A stretch of 64,000 nucleotides of DNA from an uncultured Alphaproteobacteria bacterium (GTDB taxonomy: Bacteria; Pseudomonadota; Alphaproteobacteria; CAVTAV01): NCBI GenBank assembly GCA_963822835.1, contig CAWGIZ010000012.1, forward strand, positions 703 through 64,702, given 5' to 3'. The notes under the pieces were generated by a model. That model saw only the letters and a program-made list of their open reading frames with translations, did not search any database and was not told where the DNA came from. Position 1 is the stretch's first letter, and the number at the start of each line of letters is the position of its first letter. This document shows positions 41,801 to 55,391 of the stretch, in pieces. The position numbers and the translations under genes were made by a program.

Positions 41801-42979
41801 ATGGCCGAAGTATCGATCAAGAATTACAACATCAATTTCGGCCCTCAGCATCCGGCCGCGCATGGCGTGTTGCGTCTGGTGATGGAGCTCGACGGCGAGA
41901 TCGTCGAGCGCGTCGATCCGCATATCGGCTTGCTGCACCGGGGCACCGAGAAGCTTATCGAGTACAAGACCTACACCCAGGCCATTCCCTATTTCGACCG
42001 GCTCGACTACGTCGCGCCGATGAACCAGGAGCACGCGTTCGTTCTGGCGACCGAAAAGCTGCTGGGCTGCGAGGTGCCGATCCGCGGACAGTATATCCGC
42101 GTGCTCTATGCGGAGATCGGCCGCATCCTGAACCACATCCTCAATCTCACGACGCACGCGATGGACGTCGGCGCGATGACCCCCGTTCTGTGGGGCTTCG
42201 AGGAGCGCGAGAAGCTGATGTGCTTCTACGAGCGCGCGTCCGGCGCCCGTCTGCACGCCGCGTATTACCGCCCGGGCGGCGTCCATCAGGATCTGCCGCC
42301 GGCGCTGCTCGACGATATCGGGGAATGGTGCGAGACCTTCCCGCAGGTCCTCGAGGACATGGAAGCGCTGATCGTCGAGAATCGCATCTTCAAGCAGCGC
42401 AATGTCGACATCGGCATCGTGAGCGCCGAGGAGGCGATCGACTGGAGCTTCTCCGGTCCGATGCTTCGCGCTTCCGGCCTCGCCTGGGACCTGCGCAAGT
42501 CGCAGCCCTATGACTGCTACGACAAGATGAAATTCGATATCCCGGTCGGCAAGAACGGCGACTGCTATGACCGCTTCGTGCTTCGGCTCGAGGAAATCCG
42601 CCAGAGCCTGAAGATCATGAAGCAGTGTCTGGCCGAGATGCCGGGCGGCCCGGTCAGCTCCGTGGACAAGAAGATCACGCCGCCGCGCCGCGCCGACATG
42701 AAGCATTCGATGGAAGCGTTGATCCATCACTTCAAGCTCTATACCGAGGGCTTCCGGGTTCCCGAGGGCGAGGTCTATGCCGCCGTCGAGGCGCCGAAGG
42801 GCGAGTTCGGCGTCTATCTGGTCTCCGACGGCAGCAACAAGCCGTATCGTTGCAAGATCCGCGCGCCGGGATTTGCTCATCTCCAGGCGATGGATTTCAT
42901 GTGCAAGGGCCACATGCTGGCCGACGTTCCCGCGGTTCTCGGATCGCAGGACATCGTGTTCGGGGAGGTCGACCGATGA
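41801..42979 (+). CDS. nuoD: NADH-quinone oxidoreductase subunit D
   Basis: [23 protein letters not shown] and [12 protein letters not shown]. Ends DIVFGEVDR. Confidence 0.9.
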   Translation: MAEVSIKNYNINFGPQHPAAHGVLRLVMELDGEIVERVDPHIGLLHRGTEKLIEYKTYTQAIPYFDRLDYVAPMNQEHAFVLATEKLLGCEVPIRGQYIRVLYAEIGRILNHILNLTTHAMDVGAMTPVLWGFEEREKLMCFYERASGARLHAAYYRPGGVHQDLPPALLDDIGEWCETFPQVLEDMEALIVENRIFKQRNVDIGIVSAEEAIDWSFSGPMLRASGLAWDLRKSQPYDCYDKMKFDIPVGKNGDCYDRFVLRLEEIRQSLKIMKQCLAEMPGGPVSSVDKKITPPRRADMKHSMEALIHHFKLYTEGFRVPEGEVYAAVEAPKGEFGVYLVSDGSNKPYRCKIRAPGFAHLQAMDFMCKGHMLADVPAVLGSQDIVFGEVDR

Positions 42980-43583
42980 GCGGCGCCAACGGCCACGGGA
43001 AGGCTCAGCCTTTTGAGTTCACGGCGGAGAACAAGGCTCTCGCCGAGAAGATCATCGCGAAATATCCGAAGGGGCGGCAGGCAAGCGCCGTGATGCCGCT
43101 TCTCGATCTCGCGCAGCAGCAGAATGGCGGCTGGCTCAACGTCCCGGCGATCGAGATGGTCGCGGCGATGCTGGATATGCCCTATATCCGCGCCTACGAG
43201 GTGGCGACCTTCTACACGATGTATCACCTCGAGCCGGTCGGAAAGCACGTGGTCGAGATCTGCACGACGACGCCGTGCTGGCTGCGGAATTGCGGCGAGG
43301 TTGAACGCGCCTGCCGCGACGTGCTCGGCATCGATTACGGCGAGACGACGCCGGACGGCATGTTCACCATGCATGAGGTCGAATGCCTCGGAGCCTGCGT
43401 CAACGCGCCCATGGTGTCGATCAATCGCGAGTATTACGAGGATCTCGATTACGACTCGACGAAGAAGCTTCTCGAGGCCTTGAAGCGCGGCGAAAAGCCG
43501 AAAGCCGGCCCGCAGGTCGACCGCCAGACCTCGGCCCCGATCGGAGGCGCGACAACTCTTCTCAAATCCGGTGGAGGTGCCTG

Positions 43584-43584
<1 letters not shown>
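42976..43584 (+). CDS. nuoE: NADH-quinone oxidoreductase subunit E
   Basis: 2Fe-2S ligand blocks [11 protein letters not shown] and [14 protein letters not shown] overlap with nuoD. Confidence 0.9.
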
Positions 43585-44864
<1,280 letters not shown>

Positions 44865-44867
44865 CGA

Positions 44868-46935
44868 ATGCCGAAGCTAACGATCGACGGTAAAGAGATC
44901 GAGGTCGAGGCCGGTATCACGGTGCTGCAGGCCTGCGAGCAGGCCGGCGCCGAAATTCCGCGCTTCTGCTATCACGAACGGCTTTCGATCGCCGGCAATT
45001 GCCGCATGTGCCTCGTCGAAATGGAAAAATCGCCGAAGCCGATCGCATCCTGCGCGATGCCGGTCGGCGACGGGATGGTGATCAAGACCAACACCCCGCT
45101 CGTCAAGAAGGCGCGCGAAGGGGTGATGGAATTCCTGCTCATCAACCATCCGCTCGATTGCCCGATCTGCGATCAGGGCGGCGAATGCGATCTGCAGGAC
45201 CAGTCGCTCTATTTCGGCAAGGCTTCCAGCCGCTATGCCGAGAACAAGCGCGCGGTCAAAGAGAAGTATATGGGGCCATTGATCAAGACGGTCATGACCC
45301 GCTGCATTCACTGCACCCGCTGCATCCGCTTCGCGACCGAGGTCGCGGGCGTGCCTGATCTCGGGGCCATCGGCCGCGGCGAGGACATGGAGATCACGAC
45401 CTATCTCGAAAAGACGCTCGATTCCGAGCTTTCGGGCAACGTGATCGATCTCTGTCCGGTCGGGGCGCTGACCTCGAAGCCCTACGCCTTCATGGCGCGG
45501 TCGTGGGAATTGCAGAAGACCGAATCGATCGACGTCATGGACGCCGTCGGCAGCAATATCCGGGTCGATGCGCGCGGCCGTGAGGTGATGCGGGTTCTGC
45601 CGCGCCTGAACGAGGACGTGAACGAGGAGTGGATCTCCGACAAGACCCGCTTCGCCTGCGACGGCCTCAGCTATCGCCGTCTCGACCGGCCCTATGTGAA
45701 GAAGAACGGCAAGCTTCAGGAAGCGAGCTGGGATGAGGCTTTCAAGGCCATCGCCAAGGCCGTGAAGGGCAAGAGCGGTTCGGAGATCGCGGCCATCGCC
45801 GGCGATCTTTGCGACGCCGAAATCCATGTTCGCGCTCAAGGGTCTGATGACGGGGCTCGGCTCCGCGAATATCGATTGCCGTCAGGACGGGGCGAAGCTC
45901 GATGCGTCGAACCGCGCGGGCTATTTGTTCAATACGACCATTGCGGGGATCGATCAGGCGGATGTCTGTTTGCTGATCGGCGTCAATCCGCGCGCCGATG
46001 CGGCGATCATCAATGCCCGGCTACGGGAGCGTCAACGCGCTGGCGGCTTCAAGGTCTATGCCGTCGGTCCCGAGGTAAATCTCACCTATCCGGTCGAGAA
46101 TGTCGGTGCGTCGGCGCAGATCCTGAACGAAATTCGTAACGGCAATCACGCCGTCGCCCAGGCTCTGAAGTCGGCGAAGAATCCGATGCTGATCGTCGGT
46201 CAGACCGCGCTGGCGCGTCCGGATGGAGCGGCGGTTCTCGCCGCCGCCAAAGCCATCGCCGACAATTGCGGGCTGATCAAGGACGGCTGGAACGGCTTCA
46301 ACGTGCTTCACACCGCCGCCGCGCGGGTCGCGGGTCTCGATCTCGGCTTGGTGCCGGGTGAGGGCGGCAAGGATGTCGCCGGCATTCTCGAGGGTGCGGG
46401 CAAGGGCGAGATTGGCGTCGTCTATTTGCTGGGCGCCGACGAGATCGACATGTCGAAGCTCGGCAATGCCTTCGTGATTTATCAAGGCAGCCACGGCGAC
46501 GCCGGTGCTCACCGCGCCGATGTGATCCTGCCGTCCGCCGCCTATACCGAAAAAGACGCGCATTACGTCAACACCGAGGGCCGTGTGCAGCAGGGCTGGA
46601 AGGCGACCTTCCCGCCGGGCGACGCCCGCGAGGACTGGACGATCCTGCGCGCCCTGTCCGACGTGCTCGGCCAGAAGCTGCCCTACGACTCGCTCAATCA
46701 GCTCCGGGCCAAAATGTTCGAGCTGGTGCCGCATTTCGCGGAAAACGACCGGATCGCTCCGGCGGCCTGGGGCGCGTTCGGTCAGGACGGGCCGCTTGGC
46801 GACGAGCCGCTGAAGGCCAACAGCCGCGACAATTACTATCTGACCAATCCGATCTGCCGGGCGTCGAAGACCATGGCGGAGTGCACGGAGGCGATGCTGG
46901 GCCAGCCTCAGAAAGCGACGGGCACCAATGGTTGA
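44868..46935 (+). CDS. nuoG: NADH-quinone oxidoreductase subunit G; 1 extra base in gaaa at 45818-45821
   Basis: [36 protein letters not shown] and [10 protein letters not shown]. The sequence ..IAGDLCDAE shifts into (S)[22 protein letters not shown].. of ORF 45826..46935. Confidence 0.9.
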
Positions 46936-47987
46936 GCCGGTATTCCACGGCATCTGGGGGCTCGAGGCTCTGCCCGCCGGGCTTCAGTATTTCATCATGA
47001 TCGTCCTCGAGATTCTGGCGATCATCGTGCCGTTCCTTCTCGCGGTCGCGATGGGCGTCTACGCCGAGCGGAAGATCTGGGGCGCGATTCACCTGCGCCG
47101 CGGTCCGAACGTCGTTGGACCCTTCGGCCTGCTGCAATCCTTCGCCGACGGCCTGAAGCTGTTCGTCAAGGAGACGATCATTCCGTCGGGCGCGAACAAG
47201 GCGGTGTTCTTCATCGCGCCGATCATCACCTTTGCGCTCGCGCTGATCGCCTGGGCCGTGGTGCCGTTCGATGCGGGTGTGGTGCTCGCGGACATCAATG
47301 TCGGCATCCTGTATCTGTTCGCGATTTCGTCGCTCGGCGTCTACGGCATCATCATGTCGGGCTGGGCGAGCAATTCGCGTTACGCCTTCCTCGGCGGGCT
47401 TCGGTCCGCCGCGCAGATGGTGTCCTACGAGGTTTCGATCGGCTTCGTGATCGTCTCGGTGCTGCTCTGCGTCGGATCGCTGCGGATCTCGGACGTGGTG
47501 CTGGCTCAGCAAAGCACCGGCATCGTGAACCACTGGTTCTTCGTGCCGTTGTTCCCGATGTTCGTGATCTTCCTGATCTCGGCGATGGCGGAAACCAACC
47601 GCGCACCGTTCGATCTGCCGGAAGCGGAATCGGAGCTCGTCGCGGGCTATCAGACCGAATATTCGTCCATGGCTTTCGCGCTGTTCTGGCTCGGCGAATA
47701 CGGCAACATCACTGCTGATGTGCGGCATGACGTCGATCCTGTTCCTCGGCGGATGGCTGCCGCCGTTCAACATCGCGCCGTTCACCTGGATTCCGGGTGT
47801 CGTCTGGTTCTTCGGCAAGATCGCATTCCTGTTCTTCGTCTTCGCCTGGGTGAAGATGACCGTGCCCCGCTATCGTTACGACCAGCTCATGCGTCTCGGC
47901 TGGAAGGTATTCCTGCCGGTGTCGCTGGCATGGTTGTTCCTGACCGCAGGCGTGCTGGTCTATTTCGACCTGCTGCCGAAGCATTGA
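46928..47987 (+). CDS. nuoH: NADH-quinone oxidoreductase subunit H; 1 frame break ~47711
   Basis: [22 protein letters not shown] and [21 protein letters not shown]. The sequence ..FWLGEYGNI shifts into [15 protein letters not shown].. of ORF 47718..47987. Confidence 0.9.
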
Positions 47988-48015
47988 GACCGCGTATGAC
48001 AAGGAGGGTCTCGCT

Positions 48016-48504
48016 ATGAGTGTTATGAGCATGAAGGCGCGCACGATGTTCCTGTCCGAGATTGTCTCGGCCATGGGCGTGACGCTGCGCTATTTCTTCA
48101 AGCCGAAAGTGACGATCAACTACCCGTTCGAGAAGGGGCCGCTGAGCCCGCGCTTCCGCGGCGAGCATGCGCTGCGGCGTTATCCGAACGGCGAGGAGCG
48201 TTGCATCGCATGCAAGCTCTGCGAAGCGATCTGTCCGGCGCAGGCCATCACCATCGAGGCCGAGCCGCGCGACGACGGCAGCCGCCGCACGACCAAATAC
48301 GACATCGACATGACGAAGTGCATCTATTGCGGCTTCTGCCAGGAAGCCTGCCCGGTGGATGCCATCGTCGAAGGACCGAATTTCGAGTTCGCGGTCGAGA
48401 CCCGCGAAGAACTGATGTACGACAAGCAGAAACTCCTCGCGAACGGCGATCGGTGGGAGCGGGAAATCGCCGCGAACATCGCCATCGACGCGCCTTACCG
48501 CTGA
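48016..48504 (+). CDS. nuoI: NADH-quinone oxidoreductase subunit I
   Basis: Two 4Fe-4S motifs, [12 protein letters not shown] and [12 protein letters not shown]. Confidence 0.9.
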   Translation: MSVMSMKARTMFLSEIVSAMGVTLRYFFKPKVTINYPFEKGPLSPRFRGEHALRRYPNGEERCIACKLCEAICPAQAITIEAEPRDDGSRRTTKYDIDMTKCIYCGFCQEACPVDAIVEGPNFEFAVETREELMYDKQKLLANGDRWEREIAANIAIDAPYR

Positions 48505-48520
48505 GAATCAGGAACGCCCG

Positions 48521-49135
48521 ATGATACTCCAGGCCCTGTGCTTCTATCTTTTCGCCGCCGTGACTGTGGCCTCCGCCTTCATGGTGATCGCGGCGCGCAA
48601 TCCCGTGCATTCGGTTCTGTTCCTCATTCTGGCGTTCTTCTCGTCGGCGGGCCTGTTCGTGCTCATCGGCGCCGAGTTCATCGCGATGATCCTGGTGATC
48701 GTCTATGTGGGCGCCGTCGCGGTTCTCTTCCTCTTCGTCGTCATGATGCTTGACATCAACTTCGTGCAGCTCCGGCAGGGCTTCCTGCAATACGCCCCCA
48801 TCGGCGCTATTGTCGGGATCATCCTGTTCGCCGAACTGGCGATGATCGGCCTGTCTTGGGTCTCGGAGCCAGCGCTTGTGCATTCGCTCGGCGCGCCGAC
48901 GCCGGATGCGAGCCTCACGACGAACACCGACGCGCTCGGTCAGTTGTTCTACACCACCTATGCCTACCTGTTTCAGGGCGCCGGCATGATCCTACTGGTC
49001 GCAATGATCGGAGCGATCGTGCTGACTCACCGCACGCGTGCGGGCGTCCGGAAGCAGAACATCGCGGATCAGGTCCATCGGGATCGCCGCGAATCTATCG
49101 AGATAAGGTCTGTCGAGCCGGGTCAGGGCATCTGA
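48521..49135 (+). CDS. nuoJ: NADH-quinone oxidoreductase subunit J
   Basis: 204-aa membrane protein at the operon position between nuoI and nuo[17 protein letters not shown] block. Confidence 0.85.
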   Translation: MILQALCFYLFAAVTVASAFMVIAARNPVHSVLFLILAFFSSAGLFVLIGAEFIAMILVIVYVGAVAVLFLFVVMMLDINFVQLRQGFLQYAPIGAIVGIILFAELAMIGLSWVSEPALVHSLGAPTPDASLTTNTDALGQLFYTTYAYLFQGAGMILLVAMIGAIVLTHRTRAGVRKQNIADQVHRDRRESIEIRSVEPGQGI

Positions 49136-49172
49136 TCGGGATCGAACGAGGCTATCAGGGGACGCGCAGGAT

Positions 49173-49481
49173 ATGGAAATCGGACTTGGCCACTACCTGA
49201 CTTTGGCCGCGATACTGTTCACGGTCGGCGTGGTCGGGATTTTTCTCAATCGCAAGAACGTCATCATCATCCTGATGTCGATCGAGCTGATGCTGCTTGC
49301 GGTGAACATCAATCTCGTCGCCTTTTCCGTCTTCCTGCATGACCTTGTCGGGCAGGTTTTCGCCATGTTCGTGCTGACCGTCGCGGCAGGCGAGGCGGCC
49401 ATCGGTCTGGCGATCCTTGTCGTGTATTTCCGCAATCGCGGTTCCATCGCGGTCGAAGACATCAATCTGATGAAGGGCTGA
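49173..49481 (+). CDS. nuoK: NADH-quinone oxidoreductase subunit K
   Basis: 102 aa, 3 TM helices. [12 protein letters not shown] and [14 protein letters not shown] blocks. Confidence 0.9.
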   Translation: MEIGLGHYLTLAAILFTVGVVGIFLNRKNVIIILMSIELMLLAVNINLVAFSVFLHDLVGQVFAMFVLTVAAGEAAIGLAILVVYFRNRGSIAVEDINLMKG

Positions 49482-49489
49482 GCTGGGGC

Positions 49490-51426
49490 ATGTACCAACT
49501 GATTGTATTCCTTCCCCTTCTCGGGGCCGCCATCGCCGGATTGTTCGGCCGTTACGTCGGCACGAAGGGAGCCCAGCTCGTCACCAGCTCCCTGCTGGTC
49601 GTCTCCGCGATCCTTTCGGTCGTCGCCTTCGCGCAAGTGGGCTTCATGCACCACGACGCCAAGGTCCAGATCATGACCTGGATCTCGTCGGGCGGTTTCG
49701 AGGTCGACTGGGCTCTCCGGATCGATACGCTGACCGCCGTGATGCTGGTCGTCGTCACGATCGTCTCGTCGCTCGTGCACATCTACTCCGTCGGCTATAT
49801 GAGCCACGATCCGCACAATCCGCGGTTCTTCGCCTATCTGTCGCTGTTCACCTTCTGCATGCTCATGCTGGTGACCTCGGACAACTTCCTGCAGCTGTTC
49901 TTCGGCTGGGAAGGCGTCGGCCTGTCGTCCTATCTGCTGATCGGCTTCTGGTACAAGAAGCCGTCCGCCAATGCCGCCGCGATCAAGGCCTTCGTCGTCA
50001 ACCGTGTCGGCGATTTCGGCTTTGCGCTCGGTATTCTGGCGATCTTCCTGGTGTTCGACACCGTCAATTACGACACGGTATTCAAGCTCGCGCCTGATTT
50101 CGTCGGCGCCAAGTTCACCTTCCTCAGTTGGCAGCCGGATGTTCTGACCACGATCTGCCTGCTGCTGTTCATCGGCGCGATGGGCAAGTCGGCCCAGATC
50201 GGTCTCCACACCTGGTTGCCGGACGCGATGGAAGGCCCGACGCCGGTCTCCGCCCTCATCCATGCGGCGACGATGGTGACCGCCGGCGTGTTCATGGTGG
50301 CGCGCTGCTCTCCGCTGTTCGAGCTGTCGCAGACCGCGCTCAATGTCGTGGCGGTGGTCGGCGCTACGACCGCCTTCATGGCCGGCGACGATCGGCCTCG
50401 TGCAGAACGACATCAAGCGCGTCATCGCCTATTCGACCTGCAGCCAGCTCGGGTACATGTTCTTCGCGCTCGGCGTTTCGGCCTACGGAGCGGCGGTGTT
50501 CCATCTCTTCACGCACGCCTTCTTCAAGGCCCTGCTGTTCCTCGGTTCCGGGCTCCGTGATCCACGGCATGGGCGACGAGCAGGACATGCGGAAGATGGG
50601 CGGTCTGCGGACGCAGATGCCGTTCACGATGATGCTCATGTGGATCGGTTCACTTTCGCTGCTCGGATTCCCCGGCTTCTCGGGATATTTCTCGAAAGAC
50701 GCGATCATCGAATCGGCTTATGCGGCCCACAGCGATTTCGGCCAGTATGCCTTTGCCATGGGCGTGATCGTCGCGGCGCTGACGGCGTTCTATTCGCTGC
50801 GCCTGCTGTTCATGACCTTCCACGGCAACACGCGTGCGGACCACCATACGTTCGATCACGCGCATGATGCGCCTGCCGTCATGATGCTGCCTTTGTGGAT
50901 TCTTGCCGCCGGCGCCGTGTTGGCTGGCTGGCTCTTCAGCGGATATTTCATCGGCGAGCATCATGCCGAATTCTGGGGCGCTGCGCTGTTCACCACCGAG
51001 GCTCATGCCGCGATGGAAGAAGCCGAGCACCTGCCGCTTTACATCCAATACATGCCGCTGATGGCGGCGGCGCTGGGTGCCTTCGTGGCCTATGTCATGT
51101 ATATCCGCCGTCCGGATATCGCGCCGAGCCTCGCGAAGACCCACGAGGGGCTCTACAAGTTCCTGCTCAACAAGTGGTATTTCGACGAGGTCTACGACTT
51201 CCTGTTCGTCCGGCCGGCGATGCGGATCGGGCGGTTCCTGTGGAAGTTCGGTGACGGCAAGGTCATCGACGGCCTTGGACCTGACGGTATCTCATCGGTC
51301 ATTCAGCGGCTGGCGCTTCGTGCCAAGCAGCTTCAGAGCGGCTACGTCTATCACTATGCCTTTGCCATGTTGCTTGGCATTGCAGTGATGACGACCTGGT
51401 ATGTCGTCATCATGGCGAGGGGGTGA
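49490..51426 (+). CDS. nuoL: NADH-quinone oxidoreductase subunit L; 2 frame breaks (~50387 and ggg 50550-50552)
   Basis: [17 protein letters not shown] and [27 protein letters not shown]. The sequence ..TAFMAG shifts into [25 protein letters not shown] (ORF 50343), and ..LFLGSG shifts into [17 protein letters not shown].. (ORF 50128..51426). Confidence 0.9.
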
Positions 51427-51432
51427 TCCGGC

Positions 51433-53163
51433 ATGAACATGCCTCTTCTTTCCATCATCACCTTCCTGCCGACCATCGGCGCCGCGTTCATTTTCCTGTT
51501 CCTGAAGGAAGATAGCGAATTCACGGCGCAGAACGCCCGCTGGGCCGCGCTGTGGGTGACGAGCATCACCTTCATCCTGTCGCTTGCGCTGTGGATCGGC
51601 TTCGATCCGTCGACCTCCGACTTCCAGTTCGTGGAGAACCGCGCCTGGCTCGGCGGGGCGATCAACTATCACCTGGGCGTGGACGGCATCTCGATGCTGT
51701 TCATCATCCTGACCACCTTCCTCATGGTGATCTGTATCCTCGCCTCGTGGAACTCGATCAACAAGCGGGTGAAGGAATACATGATCGCCTTCCTGATCAT
51801 GGAGACCCTGATGATCGGCGTGTTCTGCGCGCTCGATCTTCTGGTGTTCTACCTGTTCTTCGAAGGCGGCCTCATTCCGATGTTCCTGATCATCGGCGTG
51901 TGGGGCGGTCCGCGCCGGGTCTATGCGAGCTTCAAGTTCTTCCTCTACACGCTGCTGGGCTCGGTCCTGATGCTGCTCGCCATGATGACGATGTACGTCA
52001 AGGCGGGCACGACCGATATCCCGACGCTGCTGGCCTTCCATTTCGATCCCGGTCTCCAGAAGTGGCTCTGGCTCGCCTTCCTCGCGTCCTTCGCGGTGAA
52101 GATGCCGATGTGGCCGGTCCACACCTGGTTGCCGGACGCGCATGTGGAGGCCCCGACGGCGGGCTCCGTGATCCTGGCGGGCGTGCTGCTGAAGATGGGC
52201 GGTTACGGCTTCCTGCGGTTCTCGCTGCCGATGTTCCCGGAGGCCAGCCAGTATTTCGCGCTGTTCATCTATATCCTCTCCGTCGCGGCGATCATCATCA
52301 CGTCGCTGATCGCGCTGGTGCAGGAGGACATGAAGAAGCTGATCGCCTATTCGTCCGTCGCCCATATGGGCTTCGTGACGCTGGGTCTTTTCACCTTCAA
52401 TCAGCAAGGTGTCGAAGGCGGCATCTTCCAGATGCTGAGCCACGGCATCATCTCCGGCGCGCTATTCCTGTGCGTCGGCGTGATCTACGACCGGATGCAC
52501 ACGCGTTTGATCGAGCGTTACGGCGGTCTCGTAAACCGGATGCCGATCTATGCCTTCATGTTCATGGTGTTCATGCTCGGTTCTGTGGGCCTGCCCGGCA
52601 CGAGCGGCTTCGTCGGTGAATTCCTCACGCTGCTCGGTGCATATCAGGCGAATACGTGGATCGCGTTCTTCGCGGCAACGGGCGTCATTCTCGGCGCGGC
52701 CTACATGCTGTGGCTCTACCGCCGGGTGATCTTCGGCGAGCTCACGAAGGAAGACCTCAAATCGATCACCGATCTCAATACGCGCGAGATCGCGATGTTC
52801 GTGCCGCTGGTCATCATCGTGATCTGGATGGGCGTCTATCCGGAATCGTTCCTGAAGATCATGCGCGTGTCGGTCCAGAATCTGGTGACCCATCACACGG
52901 AAGCTCTCGGCGCTAACCGTCCCGCGCTGCCCGGCGTGATCACCGGACCGAACGGTGCGTCCGTCGGCGAGCGGAGTGAGAACGGGGGGGCAAGCGAGCC
53001 CGCCGCAGAACCTCAGAACAGCGAACCTCAGGCGGATGGCTCCCAGTCTGCCGAGCCGCAGGCCGGTGAGACGGCCCAGCCCGAAACACCGCCCGCAGAA
53101 CAGGCACCCGCGCCCGAAAATGGAAACAGCCCGGATCAAGAAGGCCAAGGAGGGGTCCAATAG
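51433..53163 (+). CDS. nuoM: NADH-quinone oxidoreductase subunit M with ~80-aa Pro/Glu/Gln-rich C-terminal extension
   Basis: [31 protein letters not shown] and [30 protein letters not shown]. Intact 576 aa. The tail begins after ..[13 protein letters not shown]. Confidence 0.9.
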   Translation: MNMPLLSIITFLPTIGAAFIFLFLKEDSEFTAQNARWAALWVTSITFILSLALWIGFDPSTSDFQFVENRAWLGGAINYHLGVDGISMLFIILTTFLMVICILASWNSINKRVKEYMIAFLIMETLMIGVFCALDLLVFYLFFEGGLIPMFLIIGVWGGPRRVYASFKFFLYTLLGSVLMLLAMMTMYVKAGTTDIPTLLAFHFDPGLQKWLWLAFLASFAVKMPMWPVHTWLPDAHVEAPTAGSVILAGVLLKMGGYGFLRFSLPMFPEASQYFALFIYILSVAAIIITSLIALVQEDMKKLIAYSSVAHMGFVTLGLFTFNQQGVEGGIFQMLSHGIISGALFLCVGVIYDRMHTRLIERYGGLVNRMPIYAFMFMVFMLGSVGLPGTSGFVGEFLTLLGAYQANTWIAFFAATGVILGAAYMLWLYRRVIFGELTKEDLKSITDLNTREIAMFVPLVIIVIWMGVYPESFLKIMRVSVQNLVTHHTEALGANRPALPGVITGPNGASVGERSENGGASEPAAEPQNSEPQADGSQSAEPQAGETAQPETPPAEQAPAPENGNSPDQEGQGGVQ

Positions 53164-53165
53164 CC

Positions 53166-54608
53166 ATGATTGAGATCCCAGATATCACGCCGGCATTGCC
53201 TGAAATCGTCCTCGCGGTCGGTGCCATGGCGCTGTTGATGATCGGCGTCTTCCGCGGCAACAAGTCGACCAATTTCGTGTCCTGGCTCGCTTGCGCGCTG
53301 ATGGCCGTGGATGCGCTGTTCGTGTGGGGCTACCAGTCCTCGGCGTCGACGACCTTTGGCGGTTTGTTCACCGTCAACGCCTTCACGACCTTCCTGAAGA
53401 CTCTGATTCTGCTCGGTTCGATCCTCGCGATCATCATGTCGCGGACCTATATGCGGAACGAGGGTATCGAACGTTTCGAGTTCCCGGTTCTGATCGTCCT
53501 GGCCACGCTCGGCATGGCCATGATGGTGTCGGCGAGCGACCTGATCGCGCTCTATATCGGCATCGAACTGCAGAGCCTGTCGCTCTATGTGATCGCGGCG
53601 TTCCGGCGTGATTCCATGCGGGCGACGGAAGCCGGCCTCAAATATTTCGTCCTCGGCGCATTGTCGTCGGGCATGCTGCTTTACGGCGCGTCGCTGATCT
53701 ACGGCTTCACCGGTACGACCAAGTTCCATGTGCTGGCGGAAGTCGTATCGGCGGGAGCCCCGTCGGTCGGCCTGATCGTCGGCATCGCTTTCCTGTCGGC
53801 CGGTCTTGCCTTCAAGGTCTCCGCCGTCCCGTTCCACATGTGGACGCCGGACGTTTACGAAGGCGCGCCCACGCCTGTGACGGCGTTCTTCGCTGTGGCC
53901 CCGAAAGTGGCCGCGCTCGGGCTCTTCGTTCAGGCGATGCTTACGGCGTTTCCGGGCATTCTCGACCAGTGGCGGCAGATCATCATCTTCCTGTCGATCA
54001 TGTCGATGACGCTTGGCGCCGTGGCCGCGATCGCGCAGACCAACATCAAGCGTCTGATGGCCTACAGCTCCATCGGCCATGTCGGCTATGCCTTGATCGG
54101 TCTCGCGGCGGGCACGGCCGACGGCGTGCAGGGCGTGCTGATCTATCTCGCGATCTATCTCGCCATGAATGTCGGCACGTTCGTCTGCATTCTGTCGATG
54201 AAGCGCAAGAATGGCATGGTGGAGGAGATTTCGGAGCTCGCCGGACTCTCGCGCACGCGGCCGAAGATGGCACTGGCCCTTGCGATCTTCATGTTCTCGC
54301 TCGCCGGTATTCCGCCTTTGGCCGGGTTCTTCGGAAAGTGGTACATTTTCCTTTCCGCCATCAACGCCCACCTCTATGGCCTGGCCATCGTCGGCGTGAT
54401 CGCGAGCGTGGTCGGCGCGTTCTATTACCTGCGCGTCATCAAGATCATGTATTTCGACGAGCCGGCGGAGCCCTTCGAGATCCTTGGCGACCGGGTGCTG
54501 TCGGGACTGATGTTCGTCGCGGCGGTCGTGACGGCGCTGTTCTTCGTCTATCCCGGGCCGCTGGTCTCGAGCGCCGGCGTCGCGGCCTCGGCGCTGTTCC
54601 CGGGCTGA
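53166..54608 (+). CDS. nuoN: NADH-quinone oxidoreductase subunit N
   Basis: LYIGIELQSLSLYV and PFHMWTPDVYEGAPTPVTAFF. 480 aa. Last gene of the operon. Confidence 0.9.
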   Translation: MIEIPDITPALPEIVLAVGAMALLMIGVFRGNKSTNFVSWLACALMAVDALFVWGYQSSASTTFGGLFTVNAFTTFLKTLILLGSILAIIMSRTYMRNEGIERFEFPVLIVLATLGMAMMVSASDLIALYIGIELQSLSLYVIAAFRRDSMRATEAGLKYFVLGALSSGMLLYGASLIYGFTGTTKFHVLAEVVSAGAPSVGLIVGIAFLSAGLAFKVSAVPFHMWTPDVYEGAPTPVTAFFAVAPKVAALGLFVQAMLTAFPGILDQWRQIIIFLSIMSMTLGAVAAIAQTNIKRLMAYSSIGHVGYALIGLAAGTADGVQGVLIYLAIYLAMNVGTFVCILSMKRKNGMVEEISELAGLSRTRPKMALALAIFMFSLAGIPPLAGFFGKWYIFLSAINAHLYGLAIVGVIASVVGAFYYLRVIKIMYFDEPAEPFEILGDRVLSGLMFVAAVVTALFFVYPGPLVSSAGVAASALFPG

Positions 54609-54618
54609 TCGGAGCGCT

Positions 54619-55380
54619 GTGACAGAAGCCTTGGCGCTTGATCTGCCGGACGGTTACAGCCTCGTCGCCTTCGAGGAAATCGGCAGCACGAACGACGAGG
54701 CACGGCGGCTCGCCGAGAGCGGTTCGGCACATGGCACGGTGGTCACCGCGCGACGCCAGACGGCGGGCCGGGGCAGGCGGGGCCGGACTTGGGTGTCGCC
54801 GGAAGGCAATCTCCACATTTCCGTGGTCGTGCGTCCGAATGTCGAAGCGGAACGCGCGTCCCAGCTTTCCTTCGTGGCGGCGCTCGCGGCCGGCGAAACG
54901 ATGCAGGACTTCATCCCCGGCGGCGTGACGCTGCGCTACAAATGGCCGAACGACGTTCTGCTGAACGGCGCCAAGGCCTCGGGCCTGCTGCTGGAAACGG
55001 CGAGCGTGGCGCAGGGGCTGATCGGCTGGGTTGTGGTCGGCGTCGGGATCAATATCGCGCATTTTCCGGAGGATGTTCCGTACCCGGCGACCTCGCTCCA
55101 TGCGCAGGGCGCACATGGGGCGAATGTCGATGCCGTCATTCCTCGATTTGTCGGGCATCTGGCCGATTGGTATGATCGTTGGCGGGATCACGGCTTCGAG
55201 CCGGTGCGGGATGCCTGGCTTGCCAGGGCCGCCGGTTTGGGCGAGGAAATCGAGGTGAGGCTTTCCAGCCAGACGATACGCGGGCGGTTCGACCGGCTCG
55301 ACCGCGATGGAGCGCTAATTCTGGCGCTCGCGGGCGGTGAGACGCGCCGGATTACTTCCGGCGATGTGTTTTTCGTTTAG
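54619..55380 (+). CDS. birA: biotin--[acetyl-CoA-carboxylase] ligase (no N-terminal HTH)
   Basis: GSTNDEA, GRGRRGRTWVSPEGN and KWPNDVLLNGAK blocks. GTG start. 253 aa. Confidence 0.85.
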   Translation: MTEALALDLPDGYSLVAFEEIGSTNDEARRLAESGSAHGTVVTARRQTAGRGRRGRTWVSPEGNLHISVVVRPNVEAERASQLSFVAALAAGETMQDFIPGGVTLRYKWPNDVLLNGAKASGLLLETASVAQGLIGWVVVGVGINIAHFPEDVPYPATSLHAQGAHGANVDAVIPRFVGHLADWYDRWRDHGFEPVRDAWLARAAGLGEEIEVRLSSQTIRGRFDRLDRDGALILALAGGETRRITSGDVFFV

Positions 55381-55391
55381 GGTAGGGACAG

